Source: Candidatus Thiodiazotropha sp. (ex Codakia rugifera) (lineage in GTDB: Bacteria > Pseudomonadota > Gammaproteobacteria > Chromatiales > Chromatiaceae). From it: DNA of 64,000 nt. The notes below the pieces were generated by a model. The model made no database searches. It saw nothing but the letters and a program-made list of their open reading frames with translations, and was not told where the DNA came from. The stretch lies in contig JAHXHN010000007.1 of assembly GCA_025656675.1 (NCBI GenBank), positions 5,040 to 69,039 of the forward strand, in the 5' to 3' direction. This document shows positions 19,601 through 28,675 of the stretch, piece after piece. Position 1 is the stretch's first letter. Every line of letters starts with the position of its first letter. The translations under genes were made by a program, and so were the position numbers.

Positions 19601-20367
19601 TTGGCACCACAGATGATGAGGTATTTGGAGTTGTACCAGTCGGCTGCCTCCGGCACGTCGGTCTGCTCACCCCACACCTGTGGTGAAGCCGGTGGCAAAT
19701 CACAGTACCAATCGTAAAAGGAACCGCATGCGCCACCGATCAGAGAGAGGTACCGGGAACCGGCAGCGTAACTGATCATGGACATGGCTGGAATCGGTGA
19801 GAAGCCATAGATCCGGTCAGGCCCCCATTTTTTCGCCGTATAGACATTGGCTGCTGCAGTGATTTCAGTCACCTCATCCCAGGTGCTGCGCACGAAACCT
19901 CCCAGACCGCGCACCGCTGTGTATTTCTTGCGCTTGTTGGGATCACTTTGGATTGCCTCCCAGGCTTCAACCGGGTCTTTACCACTTTTTCGTTCGGTGC
20001 GGTAGAGATCGAGCAGACGGCCGCGAATCAGCGGATATTTAATCCGGGTTGGACTATAGAGGTACCAGGAGAATGAGGCCCCACGTTGACAGCCCCGTGG
20101 TTCATGGTTGGGCATGTCTGGACGGGTACGCGGATAGTCGGTCTGCTGCATCTCGTAAGCAACCAGACCGTTCTTGACATAGATCTTCCAGGAACAGCCG
20201 CCGGTGCAGTTCACTCCATGGGTGGAACGGACCACCTTGTCATGACGCCAGCGATTGCGGTAGGTGTCTTCCCACTGCCGGTCTTCACCGGTCACGATGC
20301 CATGACCTTTGGAGAAGGTCCCTTGGATCTTCTTGAAGTACCTGAGTCTGTCTAACAAATGGCTCAT
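16618..20367 (-). CDS. narG: respiratory nitrate reductase alpha subunit NarG
   Basis: N-terminus MSHLLDRLRYFKK...HGVNCTGGCSWKIYVKNGLVAYEMQQTDYP, the molybdopterin guanine dinucleotide-binding large subunit. Start taken at the internal Met of the track ORF. Confidence 0.95.
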   Translation of the reverse strand: MSHLLDRLRYFKKIQGTFSKGHGIVTGEDRQWEDTYRNRWRHDKVVRSTHGVNCTGGCSWKIYVKNGLVAYEMQQTDYPRTRPDMPNHEPRGCQRGASFSWYLYSPTRIKYPLIRGRLLDLYRTERKSGKDPVEAWEAIQSDPNKRKKYTAVRGLGGFVRSTWDEVTEITAAANVYTAKKWGPDRIYGFSPIPAMSMISYAAGSRYLSLIGGACGSFYDWYCDLPPASPQVWGEQTDVPEAADWYNSKYLIICGANLPMTRTPDAHFAIESRYNGTKVVSMAPDYAEYVKFADLWMPVKQGTDSAAFLAMGHVALKEFHVDKQDPYFTEYARKYTDLPMQVMLRKDGDRYISDRFLRASDFSNNMGESNNPEWKTVVYDTKSEAFVVPNGSVGFRWGEEGKWNLLEKNAVDQSVIEAELSCIDGSDDVVSVAFPHFTPGEGDVLMRNIPVRKLKLASGETVMVTSVFDLQVAQYGIDRGLGDDLATSYDDESVPYTPAWAEKVTGVKRADLERTGREFADNASKTHGKSMVILGAAINHWYHNDMNYRGIMNLLHMCGCVGQSGGGWAHYVGQEKLRPQAGWAPIAFGLDWHRPPRHMASTTYWYFHTDQWRYETVNADELMASTAKGRYKGYSLADYNVVSQRLGWGPSAPHFNKNPMDIVDEAEKAGATDESGVAKYMVDQIKSGDLTFASEDIDAPENHPRNLFVWRANLLGCSAKGHEYFLKHLMGAQNGVMQEANIGADSKEIVFRKEAPVGKLDLMVDINFRLNSTGAYSDIILPTATWYEKSDLNTTDMHPFVHPLDAAVDPAWESRSDWQIFKTIAKKFSELAETHLGTRKDVVALPMQHDSPMALAQPLGEVKDWKRGECEPVPGKTLPLLKVVERDYTNTYKKYTSLGPLMTKIGNGVKGLDWNTEVEYEQLKELNGVIKEEGVSQGLPSLEEDIYVCDSVLQMAPETNGEVAHKSWKALGRKTGIDHNHLCDSRKDEKIRYRDIQAQPRKIITAPTWSGIESEEVSYNACWTNVHEHIPLRTLTGRAQFYLDHEWMLDFGEGLCAFRPPVDLKTHENVPDKVKSKPHLTLNWITPHSKWGIHSTYQDNLRMLTLFRGGPYMWVAEVDAKSIGLKDNDWVEAINGNGATVARVVVSQRIPSGAAFMYHAQEKHVNVPGSNTTGKRGGILNSVTRIVPKPTHMIGGYAQLSYAFNYYGTVGSQRDEYVVIHKIKDGDVDWLERPLTAKRESQLNPPGINN

Positions 20368-20519
20368 CTGTTTTTTCTCCCTGGGGACAAGCTGTATCAA
20401 TAACAACAAGCCCCACGTTTGTTAGGATCGGATGAATCCGCCAAGGCCTCCTGGGGGGGGTGAAATCGCCTTGTTCATTTCTGCAGATTCATCCGAAAAC
20501 TGTTTTCTATCAATTCACA

Positions 20520-22124
20520 CTAAGGATTCTTGTACTCAGCCTTGGGTCCGAGGTAGTACCACCAATTCAACAGCAGGCAGACAAAATAGAAGATGGCAAA
20601 ACCGTAGAGTGCATATTCAGGGGTTGCCATCTTGATTTGCTCACCGAACACCTTAGGAATGATAAAAGCACCATAGGCGGCCACTGCAGAAGTCCAACCC
20701 AGCGCAGGCCCAGCCTGCTCTTTGTCGAAGACCATGGCTATGGTGCGGAAGGTGGATCCGTTGCCAATGCCTGTCGCGGCGAACAGTATGAGAAACAGTA
20801 CAAAGAAGGGCAGGAAAAATTCCTCAGGCGTTGCTGACACATAGGCCTGCTTCAGGAAATAAGCCACGCCCAGGGCACTACCGATCATCACGATGGAAAC
20901 GATTTGCGTTACCTTGGCGCCACCCACTTTGTCGGCAATCCAGCCACCCACCGGACGAATCAGCGCACCAATGAACGGCCCCATCCAGGCATACATCAAG
21001 GCTGATGGCCCATTTGGGTTGGCTGTCGTGTGGGTCATTACCCCATCTACCATCAGATGCTGAAACCCGAAGACCACCTTGATGGCCAGTGCGAATCCTG
21101 CGGAGTAGCCTATAAAGCTGCCGAAAGTCATGGTGTAGATAACGCTCATGACCCAGGTGTGCTTATTGCCGAAGATCTTGAACTGGCGCTGCAGGTTCGG
21201 TTTGATGTCACCAGGAATCATTTTCAGCAGCATGACTGTACCGAACAGAATGCCTGCAATGACCGGCCATTTGGCCCAGCCGGGGGCTCCCATTCCGGTT
21301 GGTGCCGGTAAAATGATATAGAGTCCGATTGCCGCAGTGATGAAACCAATCAGCAGCATGCCGCTGATTTTCGAGAAGGCACCGAAGGTCGAGCCGATGT
21401 GGGGTGAAACGTGATCGGTTCGCAGATTATTCATACCGAACCAACCGGCAAAGGCCAGTGGTATCAGCAGTATCAGCCAGACATAACCGGCGTTGTGAAT
21501 CCAGGTCTCTGAGCCTGTCGGAATCTTGCCGATCAGGGTGCCAGAGGTATTTTCCAGAATCATCGAATCTCCACCGAAGATACCGAAAGTCATCACCAGC
21601 GGTATCACGATCTGCATGGTGGTAACACCTGCATTGCCCAGACCCGCATTCAATCCCAGTGCAAGACCCTGCATTTTCTTTGGAAAGAAGAAGCTGATAT
21701 TTGACATTGAGGAGGCGAAATTGCCACCGCCGAAGCCGGACAGGAAGGCAAGTATCTGGAATACCCACAGTGGCGTGTTCTTGTCCTGCAAAGCGATGCC
21801 GGCACCTATGGCCGGGATCATCAGCAAGGCAGTGGTGAAAAAGATGGTATTGCGTCCACCGGCGATACGGATGAAGAAACTGCTGGGGATGCGCAGTGTT
21901 GCACCGGTCAGACCGGCGATGGCTGCCAGGGTGAACAATTCGGCTTTCTCAAATGGAAAGCCCAAGTTGAGCATCTGCACGGTGATGATGCCCCAGTAGA
22001 GCCACACCGCAAAACCACAGAGCAGACTCGGGATCGAAATCCAGAGATTCCGGTTTGCTACTTTTTTACCCGTTGACTCCCAAAATTTCGAATCTTCTGG
22101 GTTCCATTCTCTGATATCTGACAT
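20520..22124 (-). CDS. narK: NarK-family MFS nitrate/nitrite transporter
   Basis: 12-TM MFS protein with a NarK-like N-terminus (WNPEDSKFWESTGKKVANRNLWISIPSLL). Confidence 0.9.
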   Translation of the reverse strand: MSDIREWNPEDSKFWESTGKKVANRNLWISIPSLLCGFAVWLYWGIITVQMLNLGFPFEKAELFTLAAIAGLTGATLRIPSSFFIRIAGGRNTIFFTTALLMIPAIGAGIALQDKNTPLWVFQILAFLSGFGGGNFASSMSNISFFFPKKMQGLALGLNAGLGNAGVTTMQIVIPLVMTFGIFGGDSMILENTSGTLIGKIPTGSETWIHNAGYVWLILLIPLAFAGWFGMNNLRTDHVSPHIGSTFGAFSKISGMLLIGFITAAIGLYIILPAPTGMGAPGWAKWPVIAGILFGTVMLLKMIPGDIKPNLQRQFKIFGNKHTWVMSVIYTMTFGSFIGYSAGFALAIKVVFGFQHLMVDGVMTHTTANPNGPSALMYAWMGPFIGALIRPVGGWIADKVGGAKVTQIVSIVMIGSALGVAYFLKQAYVSATPEEFFLPFFVLFLILFAATGIGNGSTFRTIAMVFDKEQAGPALGWTSAVAAYGAFIIPKVFGEQIKMATPEYALYGFAIFYFVCLLLNWWYYLGPKAEYKNP

Positions 22125-22187
22125 TCGAGTATCCTCGTTGATTGAACAGATTTTCTAACTACCCGGCTAGCCGGGACCTTCCCATGA

Positions 22188-24890
22188 CTAACACGACACC
22201 TCAGCGTCCTTGCGGTAATACCACCACCAGGTGGCGACCAAACAGCTCATGTGAAACACGCCGAAGCAGATCATGGCGAAATAGGGATTTCCGAAAAGTG
22301 CGTTGGAAATGGCTAAGGCAACTGGAATACCAAATCCCCCAAATGCTGCGATGGAGGCACTGAAGCCCAAGGCTACGGCAGTCTCGGTTTCGGCCTGATG
22401 CTTAGCGAGTGCTCGTCCCGCTTCACCCTTATCTGCCGACCAGCGTTGATGAAGCGTGTGGAAAACGATGGGAATCATCCGGAAGACAGAGCCATTGCCA
22501 ATTCCGGTGGTAAGGAACAGAAGCAGAAACAAAAGATAAAAGCCTGTCGCATTACCGCTGTAGGCATCGCCTGGTACGAAGAACAGTACGCCGAACATGG
22601 CAACAGTCATCACCGCAAAATTCCAGAAGGTAAGACTGGCACCGCCCATACGATCGGACAGCCAACCACCCAGCGGCCGGATCAGAGCCCCTACCAGTGG
22701 TCCAACGAAGGCATACCTGACCATGCCTGAATCTGGAAATTGTGTGGCCAACAACATCGGAAAGCCGACAGCAAAGCCAATAAAAGAGCCAAAGGTGCCT
22801 GTGTAAAGCCAGCTTCCCAACCAGGCATGCTTTCGGTGAAAAACAGCGGCCTCTTCTGCAAAAGTAGCCTTGGTATGCCGAATGTTGTTCATACCAAACC
22901 AAACGGCGAGCGTAGAGAGCAGTATGAACGGCACCCAGATAAAGCCTGCATTCTGCAGCCAGACCAATTTTTCGGTACCCCCTTCCATCATGGTCTGAGC
23001 CTCGCCGCCCATGAAGAAAAGTGCACCACCGTAGATCACCACTGGCACCACAGCCTGGGCCACAGCCACTCCCAGGTTACCGACACCGGCGTTAAAGCCG
23101 AGAGCCGTCCCCTGCATCTTCTTGGGAAAGAAGAAGCTGATGTTGGCCATGCTTGAGGAGAAATTGCCACCACCGAAGCCGCATAGCAGTGCAATCACTA
23201 CGAAGATGGCATAGTTGGTGTCGGGATTCTGAACAGCAACACTCATCCATAGGGAGGGGAGGAGCAGTGAAGCCGTACTGAAAACAGCCCAGTTGCGTCC
23301 ACCAAAGATGGGTACCACGAAAGAATAGAGCAACCGCAGGATAGCCCCTGACAAGCCAGGCAATGCCGCCAGCCAGAAAAGTTCACTGGTAGTAAACTGG
23401 AAGCCGACCTTGGGCAACTCAACCACCACCACGCTCCAGACCACCCAGACTGAAAACGACAGCAGCAGCGCCGGCATGGAGATCCACAAATTGCGGTTGG
23501 CGATGGCACGACCCGTGGTGTTCCAGAAGCCCTCATCCTCCGGGCGCCAATCCGTGAGCCAGACCTTCCTTCTCTGCTTGGCATCCACCAGGCCGTCGCG
23601 AACCATTTCATCACGCAGATCTTCATTTTCCTGAAGAATGGCCTCACGCTCACCCTTGGCCGCCGCCCATGTCCAGATCATGACACCTGCCAGGACCATA
23701 TACATCAACATGAAGCAACTGCTGCGAACACCCACCATATCAGCAGCGATACCAAACATAATGGGCAGGGAAAATCCACCAAGGCCACCGATGACCCCCA
23801 CTAAACCACCCACTGAGCCCATATTGGTGGGATAGTAGTCGGCCAGTTCGCGATAGACGCTGGCCTTGCCGATACCCTGAGCGATACCCACAATGAAGAT
23901 CAACACAGTGAACATCACAATACCGACACCGAGGCTCACTGAGACATCGCCCTCAATACCATGGATAGTCAACGTCGTAGGAGGATAGGAAACCAGGAAC
24001 AGGCAGATGATGCTCACCCAGAATACCCACCAGGTCACTGTACTCCCACCCCACTTATCCGACATCCAGCCACCCAGGGCACGAATCAACCCGGAGGGTA
24101 GTGTAAAGAACATGGTAATCAAGGCGGCCTCTTTCAGACCGAGCCCGTACTCACCCACGTAGTACTTGGGTAGCCATAGTGCCAGGGCGACAAAGCCGCC
24201 AAAGACAAAATAGTAGGCCAGTCCAAAGCGCCAGACCCGTGCTTCTGTGAGGGGCGCCAACTGCGATGCGAGTGAAAAAGGGGTCTTGGATTTTTTACGC
24301 TCTTCATGGAGCGGGTCAGGATAAGTCGTGAACCAGAACAGGACAGCCATAACCAACATGGCGATGGAATAGATTTCCGGTACTGCCCGCCAACCGTATG
24401 CCACCAGGATGAGGGGTGCCACCAGATTGGTTACCGCCGCGCCAGCATTGCCAGCACCGAAGATACCCATGGCTGTACCCTGGCGTTCCTTGGGAAACCA
24501 GGCGGAGGTATAGGCGATGCCGATCGCAAAGGAACCTCCGGCAAGACCTACAAACAGGCCAATGGCCAGGTATTGCCAGTACTCGGTGGCAAATGAGAGT
24601 CCATAGGTAGGGATGGCCACCAGAAGCATCTGGATGAAATAGACGATACGCCCACCGTAGCGGTCGGTCATCAGTCCCAAGGGTAAACGTACCAGGGAAC
24701 CGGTCAGGATCGGAGTGGCCACCAGTAGGCCGAACTCGGTCTCGCTGAGAGACAACTCCTGTTTGATCTTGATGCCGATAACCGAAAACATGGTCCAGAC
24801 CGCAAAGTTGACTGCGAAAGCAACCGTGTTCATGGTGAGAACCGATAATTGTTTGGTTCTTTGCGTGGCCATATCGAGAACCTCTGGCAA
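22188..24890 (-). CDS. narK: fused tandem NarK1-NarK2 MFS nitrate/nitrite transporter (900 aa, two complete MFS domains)
   Basis: Two MFS modules joined by a linker (...AAAKGEREAILQENEDLRDEMVRDGLVDAKQRRKVWLTDWRPEDEGFWNTTGRAIANRNLWISMPALL...). The second module begins like the stand-alone NarK. Confidence 0.85.
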   Translation of the reverse strand: MPEVLDMATQRTKQLSVLTMNTVAFAVNFAVWTMFSVIGIKIKQELSLSETEFGLLVATPILTGSLVRLPLGLMTDRYGGRIVYFIQMLLVAIPTYGLSFATEYWQYLAIGLFVGLAGGSFAIGIAYTSAWFPKERQGTAMGIFGAGNAGAAVTNLVAPLILVAYGWRAVPEIYSIAMLVMAVLFWFTTYPDPLHEERKKSKTPFSLASQLAPLTEARVWRFGLAYYFVFGGFVALALWLPKYYVGEYGLGLKEAALITMFFTLPSGLIRALGGWMSDKWGGSTVTWWVFWVSIICLFLVSYPPTTLTIHGIEGDVSVSLGVGIVMFTVLIFIVGIAQGIGKASVYRELADYYPTNMGSVGGLVGVIGGLGGFSLPIMFGIAADMVGVRSSCFMLMYMVLAGVMIWTWAAAKGEREAILQENEDLRDEMVRDGLVDAKQRRKVWLTDWRPEDEGFWNTTGRAIANRNLWISMPALLLSFSVWVVWSVVVVELPKVGFQFTTSELFWLAALPGLSGAILRLLYSFVVPIFGGRNWAVFSTASLLLPSLWMSVAVQNPDTNYAIFVVIALLCGFGGGNFSSSMANISFFFPKKMQGTALGFNAGVGNLGVAVAQAVVPVVIYGGALFFMGGEAQTMMEGGTEKLVWLQNAGFIWVPFILLSTLAVWFGMNNIRHTKATFAEEAAVFHRKHAWLGSWLYTGTFGSFIGFAVGFPMLLATQFPDSGMVRYAFVGPLVGALIRPLGGWLSDRMGGASLTFWNFAVMTVAMFGVLFFVPGDAYSGNATGFYLLFLLLFLTTGIGNGSVFRMIPIVFHTLHQRWSADKGEAGRALAKHQAETETAVALGFSASIAAFGGFGIPVALAISNALFGNPYFAMICFGVFHMSCLVATWWWYYRKDAEVSC

Positions 24891-24932
24891 GGAATTCGAA
24901 CCTAATTTAATTTGGCCAGAAGGGACCTACAA

Positions 24933-24946
24933 TTGACTGAAATCAA
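24933..24946. promoter_or_regulatory. FNR/ANR-type box TTGAC-TGAA-ATCAA in the divergent narK/narX intergenic region
   Basis: 9 of 10 matches to TTGAT-N4-ATCAA, about 45 nt upstream of the narK1K2 start codon. Coordinates approximate. Confidence 0.4.
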
Positions 24947-25127
24947 TCCAGCTTTTGCACCAACCCCTTGTCTAATCCTTTAGGAGTATTTGCTGTACCA
25001 CTTGCAATGCATTGAAAAAAAAGATTATTCCTAATAACGTGGCAAGTATTCGCAATCGTGCCGCGATGTTGTCAACGCAGAAGGATTAATCCCACAAATT
25101 TCTTGCTGGAATTGACAATGCAGCCGT

Positions 25128-27098
25128 TTGACCAGCCTGCAAACGGTCAACATGCTACTCAGGCATTTCATTGACAATTCGGAGGTCTGCTCCATGTTTG
25201 GATACCTGAACCACTCACTCCTGCTTCGTGCCGGTCTGGCGATGGGATTGGTCACTGTTTTAGCAGTGGGCGGAATGGCCAGTGCGGTATTCGTGGCCCG
25301 CTCCTCTCATGGTGAGGCTGCTGCAGTGAACCAAGCAGGCAGTTTGCGTATGCAGTCCTACCACATTGCAGCTGCACTGGAGTCAGAACACAACGGAGGG
25401 CCCGGCCCGTTCGGAGACATGGATCTTCTGACAGCGGAGTTTGAGCAACGCCTGACCCATCCGCGTTTGACCGATGTCATAAACACAACCAGCCGTAAGT
25501 CCATACAAGAGGTCTACCAGCTGATTATGGGCCGTTGGCAGGGAACGATTCTTCCCTTACTTCACGCTTACATGGAACAGAAAAATGATTCATTGGTGGA
25601 TTCATCATTTGATGAAACCCGTCTCGCCTTCCGCGACATAGTAGGTGGATTTGTAGCTGATATTGACAACCTGGTACGGCTGCTGGAGGAAGATGCCGAG
25701 TCACGTATACACATGTTGGGTCTGTTCCAGGGAATCAGCCTGTTTCTGACCCTGGCAGTAGCTATTGCCACCCTCTATTTGCTGCAAATCGATGTGTTGG
25801 GTCCCTTGCACGAATTGCTCAATGCCGCAGAGCAGGCAGGCAGCGGTAATTTTACAGCCCGGGTAAGTCACACAGGGCTTGATGAGCTTGGTCGATTGGG
25901 TAGGACTTTCAATACCATGGCCACTGACCTGTCCAAGATGTATGGGGCACTTGAGGAACGGGTTGCCGAGAAAACCAGAAAACTTACGCAACGCAATCAA
26001 TCACTGGAACTGCTCTACACCGCAACCCAGTATCTGACAGAGGCCCCGGTTTCTGATCAGACCTATAGTAAGTTGCTGGATGATATCGGACAGGTGGTAG
26101 AGATCGATGGCATCACTCTATGTCAGATGGATGAGAGGAAAAAACGTGCCTACCGGATAGCTTGTAATGGTCCGATACCACCGATGTGTGAAACTGAAAA
26201 CTGTGGCTTGTGTCTGGGTAACGGGATAACGCAGTTGCTAGGGAACATGGAACATGGCAGTGCTCAGAATATTCTGTCAGTACCCGTTGGCGATAAAAAA
26301 AATAATAATGGTGTTCTGCTTGTAGAGACCAAACCGGATAAAGCACTGGAGCCCTGGCAGATCCAACTTCTGGAAACACTCGGCAAACATATCGGTATCT
26401 CTGTGGACGTTGCTCGCCGCGTTACCCAACGTCGCCGTCTGGCACTCCTCGAGGAACGTAGTGTGATGGCTCGGGAGCTACATGATTCTCTGGCACAGTC
26501 CCTCACATATCTCAAGATACAAGTTACCCGCCTTTCAGTAATAACACGATCGGGAGCGGAGCAGAGCGCAGTAGAAGACGCCCTTCGCGAACTCAAGGAA
26601 GGGCTGGAATCAGCCTACCGCCAGTTACGTGAACTGCTCACCACATTTCGCTTACAGATGGATGGTAGCGGTCTTGGACCTGCACTGGCGAAAACGGTAA
26701 CGGAATTCAATGCGCGAGGTAATTTGGATATTCAACTGGACAATCAGCTTAAGACCTCTCCATTCACCGTCAATGAGGAGATTCATGTATTGCAAATCGT
26801 GCGTGAAGCGCTATCCAATGTCATTCACCACTCTAAAGCTACACAGGCCAGGGTCAGCCTAGGCTTTGACGATGACAAGGGCATACTGGTCAGTGTGGAA
26901 GACAATGGCATTGGCTTGCCACAAAAAGCCAAACGTACCCACCACTATGGGCTTGCGATCATGCACGAACGTAGCAACTCATTGCATGGCAATCTGCGAA
27001 TCGAACGGCAAGATCATGGTGGTACAAAGGTCAGTTTGAGGTTTCAGCCTGCAGTATCCGAGAAACAGTTCTCCCCACAGGAAGAACAGACGACATGA
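25128..27098 (+). CDS. narX: nitrate/nitrite sensor histidine kinase NarX-like
   Basis: Periplasmic P-box (AVNQAGSLRMQSYHIAAAL), HAMP, a Cys-containing central module, H-box (RELHDSLAQSLTYLKIQ) and HATPase domain. The true start may be an internal Met at 25152 or 25194. Confidence 0.85.
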   Translation: MTSLQTVNMLLRHFIDNSEVCSMFGYLNHSLLLRAGLAMGLVTVLAVGGMASAVFVARSSHGEAAAVNQAGSLRMQSYHIAAALESEHNGGPGPFGDMDLLTAEFEQRLTHPRLTDVINTTSRKSIQEVYQLIMGRWQGTILPLLHAYMEQKNDSLVDSSFDETRLAFRDIVGGFVADIDNLVRLLEEDAESRIHMLGLFQGISLFLTLAVAIATLYLLQIDVLGPLHELLNAAEQAGSGNFTARVSHTGLDELGRLGRTFNTMATDLSKMYGALEERVAEKTRKLTQRNQSLELLYTATQYLTEAPVSDQTYSKLLDDIGQVVEIDGITLCQMDERKKRAYRIACNGPIPPMCETENCGLCLGNGITQLLGNMEHGSAQNILSVPVGDKKNNNGVLLVETKPDKALEPWQIQLLETLGKHIGISVDVARRVTQRRRLALLEERSVMARELHDSLAQSLTYLKIQVTRLSVITRSGAEQSAVEDALRELKEGLESAYRQLRELLTTFRLQMDGSGLGPALAKTVTEFNARGNLDIQLDNQLKTSPFTVNEEIHVLQIVREALSNVIHHSKATQARVSLGFDDDKGILVSVEDNGIGLPQKAKRTHHYGLAIMHERSNSLHGNLRIERQDHGGTKVSLRFQPAVSEKQFSPQEEQTT

Positions 27099-28174
27099 TT
27101 AAAAGTAAAGGCCAGCGTATTGTCATCATCGATGATCATCCCCTATTACGTAAAGGACTGCAGCAACTTGCCAACCTCAGTCACCAGGTTGAGATAATAG
27201 GAGAAACAGACAGTGGTGAGAAAGGGCTGGCAATAGTCAAGGCCTTGCAACCCGATCTTGTATTACTTGATCTGAACATGCCCGGAATGAACGGGCTGGA
27301 AACCCTGGATGCACTGAAACAACTAAAGCCGCAACCTAAGGTAATTATCCTTACTGTCTCGGATACCCAAGAAGATGTCATCGCTGCTTTACGTGGGGGT
27401 GCTGACGGCTACTTGCTGAAAGACATGGATCCCGAAGAACTTCTGCTGAGAATTAGCGAGGTCGAAGAAGGTAAACCGATATTGTCCCCCAAAATTGCTG
27501 AACACTTGGGTGACTCACTGCAGGCAGAGGTTCAGCGCATCGTCATCATTGATGACCATCCCCTATTACGAAAAGGACTGCATCAACTTGTAGATCTCAG
27601 CCCGGACCTCGATATCATCGGGGAAACGGATAATGGTGAACAAGGTCTACTGATGGTTCAAGAGATACAACCCGACCTTGTACTGCTGGATCTGAATATG
27701 CCGGGAATGGACGGGTTGGAAACTCTTCAAGCCCTGAAACAGCTAAAGCCTTCACCCAAAGTGGCAATCCTCACCGTATCCGACAAGCAGAAGGATATCG
27801 TATCTGCCTTACGAAGAGGCGCTGATGGCTATCTGTTGAAGGACATGGACCCTGAGGACCTCCTGCAAAAATTACATGAATTGGCGGAAGGCCGGCTAGT
27901 GATGTCCCAAAACATAGCTGAAAGCCTGGCGCTGGCGTTGCGTGCTGAGAGTCAGAAGGATCAAGAACCGGGGGGTGAAGAACTCACAGAGCGGGAATGC
28001 GAGATCTTAATCCACATAAGCGGCGGTGAGAGCAATAAGGTAATCGCCCGTAAACTTGATATCGCTGAAGCCACAGTCAAGGTGCATGTCAAGCATCTGC
28101 TGAAAAAGCTAGGATTGAAGTCGCGTGTCGAAGCAGCAGTATGGGCCATTACCCATAAAGATGAGCTGAAATGA
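27095..28174 (+). CDS. narL: NarL/LuxR-family response regulator with two tandem receiver domains and a C-terminal LuxR HTH
   Basis: REC1 spans aa 7-118 and REC2 spans aa 147-258. Both begin QRIVIIDDHPLLRKGL and both retain the acceptor Asp in LVLLDLNMPGM. HTH segment ELTERECEILIHISGGESNKVIARKLDIAEATVKVHVKHLLKKLGL. ATGA overlap with narX. Confidence 0.85.
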   Translation: MIKSKGQRIVIIDDHPLLRKGLQQLANLSHQVEIIGETDSGEKGLAIVKALQPDLVLLDLNMPGMNGLETLDALKQLKPQPKVIILTVSDTQEDVIAALRGGADGYLLKDMDPEELLLRISEVEEGKPILSPKIAEHLGDSLQAEVQRIVIIDDHPLLRKGLHQLVDLSPDLDIIGETDNGEQGLLMVQEIQPDLVLLDLNMPGMDGLETLQALKQLKPSPKVAILTVSDKQKDIVSALRRGADGYLLKDMDPEDLLQKLHELAEGRLVMSQNIAESLALALRAESQKDQEPGGEELTERECEILIHISGGESNKVIARKLDIAEATVKVHVKHLLKKLGLKSRVEAAVWAITHKDELK

Positions 28175-28619
28175 CATAGCCTGCCATAAAAGGTGTGCTC
28201 GTATTCCTGTACCAATAAACAGGATGTCGTCTGAGCAATAGATCTGCAAATATCGTTTGACCTCCTCCACAAATGAGACCCAATCTCTCAGCACAATACG
28301 TTGGAGCAGACCCCACCCTACAGCTAGAAATGGACCGTCGGTTGGTGCCTGCCCCACCAATCACTAGCCGTACGCATTGAGTTTCAAGTAGCAAATTCTA
28401 TTCATAATGATTGAACATTAATCATCCAATCAGCTTAATATTGCTGCAAACTATCTTAGATGCCTTGAAGCACTTCATTGTTAAATTAACAAGACAGTTT
28501 CCAGTCCCAATGATTTAGCTCCGTAATCACGGCACCACGCTCATTCAAGTTCATCAAGTTAAATCTATAATTTCAACTTCTAGTAATTAACCTACTAAAT
28601 TTCTTGCTTTTTCCCTTGA

Positions 28620-28648
28620 TTGACATATTATGTCAGACAGTTTATCTT
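28620..28648 (+). promoter_or_regulatory. Candidate sigma70 promoter (TTGACA-N17-TATCTT) overlapping a 15-bp palindrome TGACATATTATGTCA, upstream of the yjfI-like / pspA-like locus
   Basis: Perfect -35 hexamer, a 17-nt spacer and a -10 matching 4 of 6. The inverted repeat TGACAT-N3-ATGTCA spans the -35 hexamer and spacer. Lies about 30 nt upstream of the first gene. Confidence 0.3.
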
Positions 28649-28675
28649 CTACTTATCGTGTGAATGGAGGAACCA

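Noticed and set aside
16774-20355. Numerous 60-170-aa plus-strand ORFs inside narG
   Set aside because: They are antisense to a clearly conserved 1249-aa NarG coding frame. No independent support.
28175-28663. Looked for a sigma54 (TGGCAC-N5-TTGC) promoter upstream of the pspA-like locus, as in the E. coli psp operon
   Set aside because: No GG-N10-GC element with flanking consensus found. A sigma70-like TTGACA-N17-TATCTT promoter is present instead.
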